Positions 55,341 to 64,000 of a DNA stretch of 64,000 nucleotides are shown here, piece by piece; the stretch's first letter is position 1, and every line of letters begins with the position of its first letter. Both the position numbers and the translations under genes were made by a program. The notes beneath the pieces are model-generated. The model worked only from the letters and a program-made list of their open reading frames with translations. It had not been told where the DNA came from and made no database searches. Source of the DNA: a phage; the NCBI GenBank assembly GCA_024686575.1, contig GCA_024686575.1_4863.1, one strand, 5' to 3'.

Positions 55341-57446
55341 TTACAACTCAATTACCACAGCGGCTCCTAGGTCATCGTACAACGATGCCGGGATTTTGTA
55401 CTCGGTATAAAAACCAACGCGATCGATATTCCCCTGCTGTCCTTCAAACAACAACATCGGAATTGCCGAGCGCAAACTAATGAGCGTGTTGTGATCGACA
55501 AACCGTTTCCCTGTAGCGTTAGTAGAATCCTCACTGTCAAATCCTACTGCCGGGAACGGATTGGTTGGCGACTCTACACGAGATATCGCCAACATAATCG
55601 CAATGTGCGTCATCGGTATACCACTCAGCTTACGCTGGATATACTTAAACGTGTCCATCAACGCATAAGTACACTGTTTCTCTGTAGCACCACCCATTTC
55701 AACCAACGTCACCGGTTTCACACGACCTTGTTTCTTGTTCAGCTTCACAGTCGAGGCTGTGTTGATGATTTCCACAATGTCTTCGTTCTTATCGGCAGCA
55801 ATCGAACGGAGCTTGGTTTCTAAGCCGGCTACGAACTCCGCCATCGATTCAGAACGGTTGGTGTAGACCAGGACCGGGTGTTTCGGGTTCCATCCTTTTA
55901 AGGGGATTTCTACCGTCTTCTTCTCGATACGAATGTTCGCTCGTTGTTTCAAGAAGTAGTGCAGGAACGGTTTAGAGAAGTTCCCACAAACACCCATTCG
56001 CACATCGATAGAATCCGCAGCGATTATCTGCCCATCTTCTAAACGACGTTGGAAAGTTAAGTCGGTGATTTCTGGTAATGCCGTTTCATCAATTGCATCG
56101 AGATCTTCATGATACGCAATCTGGCTCAGCTCCGAATAAACTTTGTCGGTAACAACCAACTCGTATTCTGACCAATTCCCACGCTGTGGTTTTGGCAGCA
56201 AGCACAACCCTTTCAGAGAGTTATGTTTGTATTCGGTCATATACTCACGCATACGTGGGGTGAGTACCAGGTTGAGCAGATAACGCAAGAAGTCAAGGTG
56301 CTTGGTAGAGAGAATTCCCTGTGTACCCTTTTCCGAGATGGACGTGGATGCCAGGTGACCTGGTGACGTACCTTCAGAGAGGTTATAAATCAAATCCCCC
56401 ATACAGGTCGCACAGATGGACTGATTCGCCATCTCTTTACAGGTCATGGCACTACGGAAGACCAGCGGTTTGCCAACCAGGTCTGCGTATCCGCCTTTCT
56501 CAAATCGCAACCACGGACCATTATCGCCTTCTAAACGATAACGCATCCCCACCATCGCTTTATAGGCACGCTCATCCAGCTGCGTATCCTTAAACGTGTA
56601 GCGGTGTGCGTGTGTTGTACCGCAGTCGTCGTACGTGAAATACATCAGTACGTTTGCTGCCAGCTGCAGTTTACGTGAGGCGTATTCTGCTTCGGCAATC
56701 TTGTCAGTGTTGTACAGGTGGGAACGTGAAGTTGCACCAGATTCTTTCAAACGCGAAATAACCGAATGCATTCCGGTAAAGAAGCCTTCCCACACCTGAT
56801 TGGTGTATACACGTGAGTCAATTTCTGACGTTTTGCCGCGCACGAACGCTTGCAGTACCTGGTTCATCTTCACGGTACCGTCCAGTACCGACATTACGAC
56901 TGGGTTATACCGCAGCGCAGGGTCTTTGAAGATTTTCTCGATAAGCTTATACGCTTCTTCAACCATATCCTGACCATCTTCATCGTAGCCAGTAGGATAC
57001 TGCACTTCCCACTGACGGATGAGTTCGAAGTTCGGGTGGTCGTAGATCTCCATCATCGTATCAAAGTCGATTGTCGTACAATAGGACAGCAAGTTCTTCA
57101 CTGTCATGTTGAACGCATCGGCGTAGACATGTTGACTCAGGATATAACGCGTTTCAGCAAGGTCGACACCTGCTTTACGGGCCAGTACCGCTGCTTCCGA
57201 CATAAAGTCCAGATGCAGGTCATCTGTTGCTACCTGACCTGGACGATACGCCATGGTCGATGGAGTGGGCACCTGCGGATACAGACGCGACACACCCCAA
57301 TACGGCCAGCTGAGTTTGATGTGGCGACTAGACATTTCCAACGACTTACCATCGTCGAAAGTCACGTAATAACGCCCGCGTAGTTTCCACACCTGATCAG
57401 AGTTAAGCATACGCAAATCACGTACGTGTACAGAACGACCCGCCAT
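55341..57446 (-). CDS. multisubunit RNA polymerase beta-prime-like subunit, C-terminal part
   Basis: 701 aa; ASTSISEKGTQGILSTKH matches the beta-prime trigger-loop signature AAQSIGEPGTQLTMRTFH; preceded by a Cys cluster (C-x8-C-x2-C) as in the C-terminal Zn site of beta-prime. Confidence 0.7.
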   Translation of the reverse strand: MAGRSVHVRDLRMLNSDQVWKLRGRYYVTFDDGKSLEMSSRHIKLSWPYWGVSRLYPQVPTPSTMAYRPGQVATDDLHLDFMSEAAVLARKAGVDLAETRYILSQHVYADAFNMTVKNLLSYCTTIDFDTMMEIYDHPNFELIRQWEVQYPTGYDEDGQDMVEEAYKLIEKIFKDPALRYNPVVMSVLDGTVKMNQVLQAFVRGKTSEIDSRVYTNQVWEGFFTGMHSVISRLKESGATSRSHLYNTDKIAEAEYASRKLQLAANVLMYFTYDDCGTTHAHRYTFKDTQLDERAYKAMVGMRYRLEGDNGPWLRFEKGGYADLVGKPLVFRSAMTCKEMANQSICATCMGDLIYNLSEGTSPGHLASTSISEKGTQGILSTKHLDFLRYLLNLVLTPRMREYMTEYKHNSLKGLCLLPKPQRGNWSEYELVVTDKVYSELSQIAYHEDLDAIDETALPEITDLTFQRRLEDGQIIAADSIDVRMGVCGNFSKPFLHYFLKQRANIRIEKKTVEIPLKGWNPKHPVLVYTNRSESMAEFVAGLETKLRSIAADKNEDIVEIINTASTVKLNKKQGRVKPVTLVEMGGATEKQCTYALMDTFKYIQRKLSGIPMTHIAIMLAISRVESPTNPFPAVGFDSEDSTNATGKRFVDHNTLISLRSAIPMLLFEGQQGNIDRVGFYTEYKIPASLYDDLGAAVVIEL

Positions 57447-59683
57447 TATTTATCCTCCCGAATTGGACGCACTAATTCAAAACCTTCACAGCGATGGATG
57501 TTACGTATCATCCTGTCAATCTGCGAATCACCCATTGGCAGTTTCTTACGATCGACCAGCACCCCTGGATTGGTTGGTGTTGGCGAGTTATACAGCCCCG
57601 TTACGATCGCACGGTGTACCGCAGGGTTATTAGCGCGGTCATGAGTTTCGGGGAAGTTGCCCGGACCAAAGCCGTCGGTAAGACGCTGCTCGGAAGGACC
57701 ACCCCACTTCAACCCTTTCAGGTTAATCGGATATGAACCACGTCCTTGGTTGGATGCATCAATACAACCCAAATAGTTCGTGTACATCGACGAGATACTG
57801 GAGAACTCACGACCGGTTTTATCCAGGCGCAGAGTCTCTACCATGCCGACGTAAAACTGGTTCTTCGTCCACTCTTTCTCACCCTGATAGTTAGTAATCA
57901 GTAGCTTAGACTTGCGTGGTGCATACTCGCCTAGAGCACGGCAGATTTCTACCTGGGTAGCATTCAATTCGTGGGGAAGCCAGATACGAATCGTGAAGTC
58001 GTAAATCTCTTTAAAGAGTTCCAGACGTGACCCAGTATCCGGGTGACTGGCATTGAGATAGAATGTCCAGCGTGGGTTATAGCGATCGATATAGTCCATC
58101 AGGATTTCCCAGGCTTCATCAACCTGGTTGGCGGCAAGTAAAGGTTTCAACCGCATCTTCAACTGCTCGGATGCAGCAGACCAATACATGTGGAACAGCG
58201 CAGCATAAGTCGAACGACGAATTACGGCGTTCATGGAACGAATGACATGCACACGTTCTCCGAACTCGTTAATCGGCATTTCTTCATCAGGCCGCACTGC
58301 GCCCACGATACCTTTTGTACCTGAACGGTCGGTGATTTTCGATGAGACGGTAACTGGGATTGGATAACGTACCACGATGCGTATCGTGTAACTACCAATT
58401 GGGTCCCAGAGACCACGCTGAACCGGCTGCGCCAGTTTGTTTAACACGTTCTTATCAGCAGAACGGTTATACTCGCCTTTACGCATGGCTTCATCGTATT
58501 CACGACCAATCTCTTCACGGAAGTCGTTATAGACTTCATACGTCTCAGAACAGAACGCCTTGTCAAGAATCTCAAACGCTTTCGGTGACCAGACGATATT
58601 CTTGTCCTTGGACATCGCAAAATAGAACCGTACGATATCATTGTAAAAACGTTTCAAAGCGTTCGCGTAGTGATCTAACTCGCGTTTGTTCTCTTCGGTA
58701 CATGCGATATTGTTAACACCACGATCGCATTTGGTTTCGTCCCGCCATACCTGAATATCAACGACACGAGAACCGGTACGTTCCATCTTTTCAAAGTCGC
58801 CAGCCAGTCGCGCTTTGTAATGCTCAGGGTCGGCATCAACATACTCACAACGGTCGAAGTGCGGAGAGACATGTTGTGTTTCACCTACGTGCGAGTCAAT
58901 GGCTGCCCATAGCTTATCGAAACGGCGCGCGGCAATAACCAACCCATCATCACGAATTGCCTGTCCTTTATTGGGCAGGTACTGTGGTCGACGAACGCCA
59001 TCAATACCCGTTGTCCCATACGTATCAAGCAGGTACTCGTCGTCGCGCAAGGTAAAGTCGATTGCACGCAAACCATAAGCGTGCATCGCTTTCGCTGCAG
59101 TTTCGGAGATGGTGTACGAGTCCTCGATAATGTCCGGGTGCGACATCGTCACGGTGTGCAGGTTGACCCCATCGACAAACTCACCGTCTTTCTGTGCCGG
59201 CAGCACGGTAAGCATTTCATCTTTTTCCAGGTGCTGCGTCTGCCCGCGCAGCAACGCCTGAAGTTTCCCAGTAGCCTCTTTCTTAGACGAGAAAATGTTA
59301 TCGTGGTTGGTGTAATACTTAATATCGATTACATCAATCATCACTTTGCGCTGGTTGGTTAAATCTGCGCGCGTGAAGAAGATAACATGTTGGAGCGGTT
59401 CGTGATCCCCTTCACGACCATAGCGTGCAAAAACAGCTGCACGAGTAACACCTTCTTTGGTTGTGTAACTGCACACGGTACCACTGTCTTCCACGATATC
59501 GTTAAAACAATAATCGTGGTAGTTCACATCAGCGCCGGTAAAATGGATAGTCGGATCTGGATTGTCCAGTGGTACCGCCGACTTCATATGTCCACCCACC
59601 ATTGAGGCACGTGCCCCAGATACGCCAGTGATATTCACCTCACGGTCAGCAACGCTTGACATGAGTTCGACTGGTGTTTTCAT
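57446..59683 (-). CDS. multisubunit RNA polymerase beta-like subunit, C-terminal part
   Basis: 745 aa; ITDRSGTKGIVGAVRPDEEMP matches the beta signature [20 protein letters not shown]; C-terminal GGPSEQRLTDGFG resembles GGQRFGEMEVWA; stop overlaps the start of the beta-prime-like gene. Confidence 0.7.
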   Translation of the reverse strand: MKTPVELMSSVADREVNITGVSGARASMVGGHMKSAVPLDNPDPTIHFTGADVNYHDYCFNDIVEDSGTVCSYTTKEGVTRAAVFARYGREGDHEPLQHVIFFTRADLTNQRKVMIDVIDIKYYTNHDNIFSSKKEATGKLQALLRGQTQHLEKDEMLTVLPAQKDGEFVDGVNLHTVTMSHPDIIEDSYTISETAAKAMHAYGLRAIDFTLRDDEYLLDTYGTTGIDGVRRPQYLPNKGQAIRDDGLVIAARRFDKLWAAIDSHVGETQHVSPHFDRCEYVDADPEHYKARLAGDFEKMERTGSRVVDIQVWRDETKCDRGVNNIACTEENKRELDHYANALKRFYNDIVRFYFAMSKDKNIVWSPKAFEILDKAFCSETYEVYNDFREEIGREYDEAMRKGEYNRSADKNVLNKLAQPVQRGLWDPIGSYTIRIVVRYPIPVTVSSKITDRSGTKGIVGAVRPDEEMPINEFGERVHVIRSMNAVIRRSTYAALFHMYWSAASEQLKMRLKPLLAANQVDEAWEILMDYIDRYNPRWTFYLNASHPDTGSRLELFKEIYDFTIRIWLPHELNATQVEICRALGEYAPRKSKLLITNYQGEKEWTKNQFYVGMVETLRLDKTGREFSSISSMYTNYLGCIDASNQGRGSYPINLKGLKWGGPSEQRLTDGFGPGNFPETHDRANNPAVHRAIVTGLYNSPTPTNPGVLVDRKKLPMGDSQIDRMIRNIHRCEGFELVRPIREDK

Positions 59684-59713
59684 TCGTAAATGCTCCTTTT
59701 GGTTACCTCGGTA

Positions 59714-59728
59714 AGATAATATCTATCT
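59714..59728. promoter_or_regulatory. conserved motif 2 in divergent intergenic region
   Basis: Exact 15-mer between the RNAP beta-like gene start (59683) and the plus gene start (59750); could serve either or both. Confidence 0.5.
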
Positions 59729-59749
59729 GTTTTATTTTAAGGAGAGACG

Positions 59750-60073
59750 ATGCTAGATAAATTTGCTACCTTATCCGAAATAATACCTTCGCCTGATTCG
59801 ACCAAGTATAAGGTGTTGCATGACTATACAGACTTCCTTCGCAAACACCCAGATACTACAGAAGAAGTTGTTGACCCAAAATATGCCTACCCAGAGGTAC
59901 ACAGTTTCTACGCGTACTGTCGTCTCAAACAGTACGATAATAGTATTATTTATCCGATGATGTTAATGAACGGAATTTCTACTCCGTTCGATTTCACGCC
60001 AGAGATAAGAACCTTATTGGTTCCTAGTGTCGGTGTGGTAAGTAACATCTTATCGACTATCGTAGAATCTTGA
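59750..60073 (+). CDS. hypothetical protein
   Basis: 107 aa ORF; AAGGAGAG Shine-Dalgarno; the AGATAATATCTATCT motif lies 21 nt upstream; bidirectional terminator after stop. Confidence 0.65.
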   Translation: MLDKFATLSEIIPSPDSTKYKVLHDYTDFLRKHPDTTEEVVDPKYAYPEVHSFYAYCRLKQYDNSIIYPMMLMNGISTPFDFTPEIRTLLVPSVGVVSNILSTIVES

Positions 60074-60105
60074 AAAAAAGAAGGGACGCCCAGTCCCTTC
60101 TTTCT
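60072..60105. terminator. bidirectional terminator
   Basis: Stem GAAGGGAC/GTCCCTTC with A-run upstream and short T-run downstream, between convergent genes. Confidence 0.65.
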
Positions 60106-60110
60106 AACGC

Positions 60111-61478
60111 TTAACGTAAATTAGCTGATGAGAATGGTAGGTTGCCTAAACTGCTGCTACTTCCGCCACCTAAACCACCCAGACCACCTAACACGTCACT
60201 ACTCCCTCCTAAGAGGTTGGTGCTACCGCCGCCCAACTGCGTGCTACCCCCCAAGAGATTATTACTACTTCCCAGCAAACCAGAACCCAGACCACTTTCT
60301 TTCGTCACCGCATTACCACGCAGCGCTTCACCGAGAGACAGTTCTTTAATTGTCCCTTTCGGTAAATGGCCGTTGTTCTCACGCAGCGCTTCCTGAATCT
60401 TCGGTGCTAACGCATTGAAGCTATTAGCCGAAGACGCCTGTTGCGCTTTCTTCGCACGGAAATAGTTTACCGGATCATTGAGATCAAGATTTTCCTGCGG
60501 AGCTTGTTGAGAAGCTAAAGCAACGACCGGCTTTGTGCCGGCAGGTGTACGCCCGATACGGAAATCTGTTGCGGTGGTGTCTGTTGCCTGATCGTTACGT
60601 GGGCCGGTATTATACGGCAGAGTTTGGATAACGTTATCATAAACGCTCATGTTATCCAGTTGGCCAATCCATTCTTCTTCTAACGGACGCAGTGGAGTGT
60701 GGTCACGCAGACCACGAACCACTTGATTGTAGTTGGTCACGTATTGTGCCCAACCGCGTGCCAAAGAACCGAAGTACGGACGCGGATCGTTAGAACCAGT
60801 AACCGAAGGATACCAACCAAACACTGCAGTTAGCAGGTTAAAGATAATGACCTTATCCTGCTTACGCTGGAGCTTGGCACCGAAGAATGTTGCCGTACCA
60901 TCCAGTGACTCTTCTTCAAACATGTGTTTGTAGTTCGCCACGCGGATATATTTGATACCCTCAATGGTCATATCGCTGGAGATGAAGATACTGGTGATCT
61001 TTGTCTTTTTATCTTCTTCCAGCAAACCGTAAACATAGTTCTTCACCGCTTGCCAGCTCTGAACCAGTTTCTTATCCATCGTCGGATCTTTCAGGTCAGC
61101 ACAAACCACATCGCTTAAAAACTTCTTGTAAGCTGCCAGACGGATATTCTTTCCTTCGGCTGCTGTTTCCAAAATAGCATCGATTAGCTCGAAGCTTTTC
61201 AGGAAGAGGTTCGCGTTGATGGCTTTCTTCAGGAAGCGAATCGTTCCAGATTCGCCAGCCAGTACCGATTCACACAGTGGGTGGAACGCATGACACTCAC
61301 TACCTTCATCGTCTTCCAACCCACGCTTAATCATCGCTGCAGTTGGAAGCACCAAGCGGCGCTTCACTTTGTTGTAGGTGAACATTGCTGGATGACCATC
61401 ATCGATAGTCAGCATGTCACCTTCGAATCCGTATCCGAGAGAGGTCAGAAACGAACGGTAGAATTCAATCAATTTCAT
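60111..61478 (-). CDS. hypothetical protein with Gly/Leu/Ser-rich C-terminal tail
   Basis: 455 aa; C-terminus LGSGLLGSSNNLLGGSTQLGGGSTNLLGGSSDVLGGLGGLGGGSSSSLG; terminator downstream. Confidence 0.7.
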   Translation of the reverse strand: MKLIEFYRSFLTSLGYGFEGDMLTIDDGHPAMFTYNKVKRRLVLPTAAMIKRGLEDDEGSECHAFHPLCESVLAGESGTIRFLKKAINANLFLKSFELIDAILETAAEGKNIRLAAYKKFLSDVVCADLKDPTMDKKLVQSWQAVKNYVYGLLEEDKKTKITSIFISSDMTIEGIKYIRVANYKHMFEEESLDGTATFFGAKLQRKQDKVIIFNLLTAVFGWYPSVTGSNDPRPYFGSLARGWAQYVTNYNQVVRGLRDHTPLRPLEEEWIGQLDNMSVYDNVIQTLPYNTGPRNDQATDTTATDFRIGRTPAGTKPVVALASQQAPQENLDLNDPVNYFRAKKAQQASSANSFNALAPKIQEALRENNGHLPKGTIKELSLGEALRGNAVTKESGLGSGLLGSSNNLLGGSTQLGGGSTNLLGGSSDVLGGLGGLGGGSSSSLGNLPFSSANLR

Positions 61479-61490
61479 GGTTAATAATCC

Positions 61491-63191
61491 TTAATCAATG
61501 AGACCGTTGCCGAGTCCGTTTCCGCCTATACCGCCTAAGCCACCACCCAGGTCAAGACCTCCAAGAGGATCTAAGCCACCTGTGTTAGTTGGAATGTTAG
61601 ATAGCATTCGACCCCGGCCTTGGCCTTTCTCGAATTCTGTATAACCTTCTTCCACGGCTTTCAGCAGCGTTGCAGTGTTCTGTGCCAGCTCACCAACGTA
61701 TTTGAGATCGGTGGTGTTGCCGGTATGGAGACGGAATTGCATAAACGACGCGTAGGTGTAATATTCCAGCGGTTCGTCGTCGACACGGATTTCAATACGA
61801 GTAACGGTCCCCAACAATGCGGTGACCAGCATGTGACAGCGAATATGGTTATGTTTAGTAACCTGAACCATCGCTTCTTTCATGTTCTGCAAGAAACGAC
61901 GACCTAATGCAGCAGGTAACTGATGATGTGTGATGCTGCTGACTGAGTTAGGAATAACTTCCAACGTAGGCTCTATCATGATATCCGTGTTACGGTTATC
62001 AAAGACAAAGCTCACTTCGCCAATCAGGTTACGTGACATAATCGGCCCGATAGACATAGCCAGATCATACGCAACTAGACTACCCTGAGTAGAAAAGCCG
62101 TTACGTCCAATCCAGTGGTCGGTTTGGTTAACCAGCCCTGCACCCAACCCACGGCGACTTGCCAGCGCCAGCGATTCACGGATACATTCATCCAACCGCA
62201 TTGGGTTGACAATCGCATTACGCAAATCAGCCAAACGGAACGTCGCCTTACTGGTTGCTTTCCAACCGCCAGATACATCAGACATCCCGTTCTGGAGTGC
62301 TTGACGCATCGCAGCAATCAGTTCGTGGTTGCTGTAGTTACGGATAACACCACGCTGCTTCAATTCAGATTCAACGCCGATGGAGTTATTACCTGCAAAG
62401 AAGCTTTCCACGCTACCGAGTTCGGTATCTACCCCAGAGCTTGCCAGATACGCATTACTGATTGCAGATACGTAGTTTTCCGGACGCTGGAGTTGGGATA
62501 CCATCAACTGTGGTGCAGAGCTACTGGTTGCGGATAGCACAGAGTCGCTCGTTGGAACGAACTTCTCACCGCTATTCATTTCAATACGTTTTACCATATC
62601 CGCTGCTTTCGCGATCGAAATGATATCTACCGTACTTTCTGTTTGACCTTCAACAGACAGCGCTTTCGATAAAACGTAGTTATCCAGTAGACGGAATGAG
62701 TCTGGGTTCAATGTTTTGCCGCCCAGGGCATCGTGTGTATACGTTGCCTGTAAGCCGTAGATGTCGTTAATGTACAACACCATATCGTCCGGCAGCAGGC
62801 TACCCAGGCTGGTTTCTGCCTGACTGGTATAACCGGAGACGATGTATTGCGTTTCCTGAGTGCGTGTTGCATTCAGAGGTTTAGCAATAAACACCGCCAC
62901 GAAGTTAAAGATACCGGTATCACGTGATTCCCATTGGAACTGTACAGGACGATTGTCATCATCGGACACGTTGATGAATGGACGCTCAAAACCGTTCTGG
63001 GTGCCATCGAAGCCCACGATGGCAGATAATGCTTCTTGATACTGCTGTGTTCCCACAGCTTTTTCCCCGCCCAGTTCAACCGCTGCTGCTAAGTCATCCA
63101 GTGCACCCGTCGATGCGTTAAAGCCGATGCGGCGACGAACTTGCTCTGGAACATCGTAGACCGGATACATCAGTAGATTTACAAGCTGCAT
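61491..63191 (-). CDS. hypothetical protein with Gly/Leu-rich C-terminal tail
   Basis: 566 aa; AAGGAG Shine-Dalgarno 9 nt upstream; C-terminus GGLDPLGGLDLGGGLGGIGGNGLGNGLID. Confidence 0.7.
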   Translation of the reverse strand: MQLVNLLMYPVYDVPEQVRRRIGFNASTGALDDLAAAVELGGEKAVGTQQYQEALSAIVGFDGTQNGFERPFINVSDDDNRPVQFQWESRDTGIFNFVAVFIAKPLNATRTQETQYIVSGYTSQAETSLGSLLPDDMVLYINDIYGLQATYTHDALGGKTLNPDSFRLLDNYVLSKALSVEGQTESTVDIISIAKAADMVKRIEMNSGEKFVPTSDSVLSATSSSAPQLMVSQLQRPENYVSAISNAYLASSGVDTELGSVESFFAGNNSIGVESELKQRGVIRNYSNHELIAAMRQALQNGMSDVSGGWKATSKATFRLADLRNAIVNPMRLDECIRESLALASRRGLGAGLVNQTDHWIGRNGFSTQGSLVAYDLAMSIGPIMSRNLIGEVSFVFDNRNTDIMIEPTLEVIPNSVSSITHHQLPAALGRRFLQNMKEAMVQVTKHNHIRCHMLVTALLGTVTRIEIRVDDEPLEYYTYASFMQFRLHTGNTTDLKYVGELAQNTATLLKAVEEGYTEFEKGQGRGRMLSNIPTNTGGLDPLGGLDLGGGLGGIGGNGLGNGLID

Positions 63192-63203
63192 TTTAAATAC
63201 TCC

Positions 63204-64000
63204 TTAAGAATTAAACCATTCAACTTCTTCTAACTTGCGACGTGCATTCAACACCATAAACTCCGCCAGGCTATTGTGCAGTGACAAGTGAGGTATATAG
63301 TTTGGCTGATCCGTCTCACACTTCAGCAGCGCAGCTGCTTCTGGTGTAGCCCTGAGATGGAACAGATACGGGTTGATGTGATCCTTGTGTAACAAGGTCA
63401 GTGATTCCCGTGGTGTAGATTGCGGTTCGAGATTACGCGGGTTGCGATACTCCTGAAGATAATATCTATCTAAATCTGCTTTGAGTTCAGATCGAATTGG
63501 GTCGGCTGCATAACCGGCAGACATCTCAGAACGCACCATATTGCAACTTAACAGTTGCGCAACGTCATACATTCCATAATTGAGATAAGTTGCCTGTGCT
63601 AACGCCATGCCGTAGCGAAACGCTTCTGGTCCACATTCGGTATACGTCTTATAATGCGCGCTACGATGGAGTGCTAATGCGACTAACCATTCGTGGAGCG
63701 TATAGACAGGACCGTCGTGTGTTGCCAGTTGCGAATCAATCAATAACTTAACATCTGCTGGAGCGGCATTATCCAGGCGCATTGTTTTCAAGAAAGAGCG
63801 GTATTCTTTAAATACGTACTCGGTACGGACGTATTCTTTCATCTGGGCAGGAGAACGTGCCTGCACCAAATCCATGGCGTTTATCTTACCCTTTTCGCCA
63901 TTGAATATCACACTTTCTGGATGCGCTTTTAACAGCACCGGCTGGTTAGAGATTTTGTTTGCAAAACCTGTTTCAATCTCTTGTTTAACCAGAAAATACA
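63204..64000 (-). CDS. hypothetical protein, 5-prime partial (continues beyond window end)
   Basis: Track ORF starts at a GTG at 63938, but the frame stays open to the window end; contains an internal copy of the AGATAGATATTATCT motif. Confidence 0.55.
   Translation of the reverse strand, partial: YFLVKQEIETGFANKISNQPVLLKAHPESVIFNGEKGKINAMDLVQARSPAQMKEYVRTEYVFKEYRSFLKTMRLDNAAPADVKLLIDSQLATHDGPVYTLHEWLVALALHRSAHYKTYTECGPEAFRYGMALAQATYLNYGMYDVAQLLSCNMVRSEMSAGYAADPIRSELKADLDRYYLQEYRNPRNLEPQSTPRESLTLLHKDHINPYLFHLRATPEAAALLKCETDQPNYIPHLSLHNSLAEFMVLNARRKLEEVEWFNS
63457..63471 (-). promoter_or_regulatory. conserved motif 2, intragenic copy
   Basis: Exact 15-mer inside the coding sequence of 63204-64000 (encodes DRYYL), about 270 nt upstream of the next gene start at 63191. 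Confidence 0.35.

Noticed and set aside
55295-55351. N-terminal 19-residue extension of the helicase ORF as given by the ORF track
   Set aside because: The extension overlaps the upstream terminator hairpin and begins at a non-ATG codon. The ATG at 55294 has a GAGG Shine-Dalgarno and is the more plausible start.
1-64000. tRNA genes, rRNA, CRISPR arrays, integrase or transposase signatures
   Set aside because: Scanned the larger non-coding stretches by eye for T-loop GTTCRA motifs and for regular direct repeats; none found. A proper tRNAscan or CRISPR-finder run was not possible.

Overview
This window reads as a densely packed, mostly minus-strand segment of a large virulent (jumbo) bacteriophage genome, probably phiKZ-like. 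No search or computation was possible, so every call rests on reading the ORF translations and the DNA by eye. The strongest evidence for the phage assignment is a pair of adjacent genes encoding the C-terminal parts of multisubunit RNA polymerase beta and beta-prime as separate polypeptides (55341-59683). Other motif-supported calls are an intein-containing DExH helicase, a dihydrofolate reductase, a RuvC-like resolvase, an N-terminal fragment of a family-B DNA polymerase, a putative GNAT acetyltransferase and a HExxH metallopeptidase-like membrane protein. Most remaining ORFs are hypothetical. Three genes (16121-18421 and the tandem paralogs at 31439-34053) have strongly biased codon usage, suggesting abundant structural proteins. 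Two exact repeated promoter-like motifs, about 18 hairpin terminators, and several palindromic or structured intergenic regions were found. No tRNA, rRNA, CRISPR array, integrase or transposase was seen. Coordinates of hand-located elements may be off by 1-2 nt. The most interesting candidates for novelty are the regulatory motif families, the intein, the small-gene operon at 22278-22791 and the membrane peptidase module at 41039-44580; none is proven.
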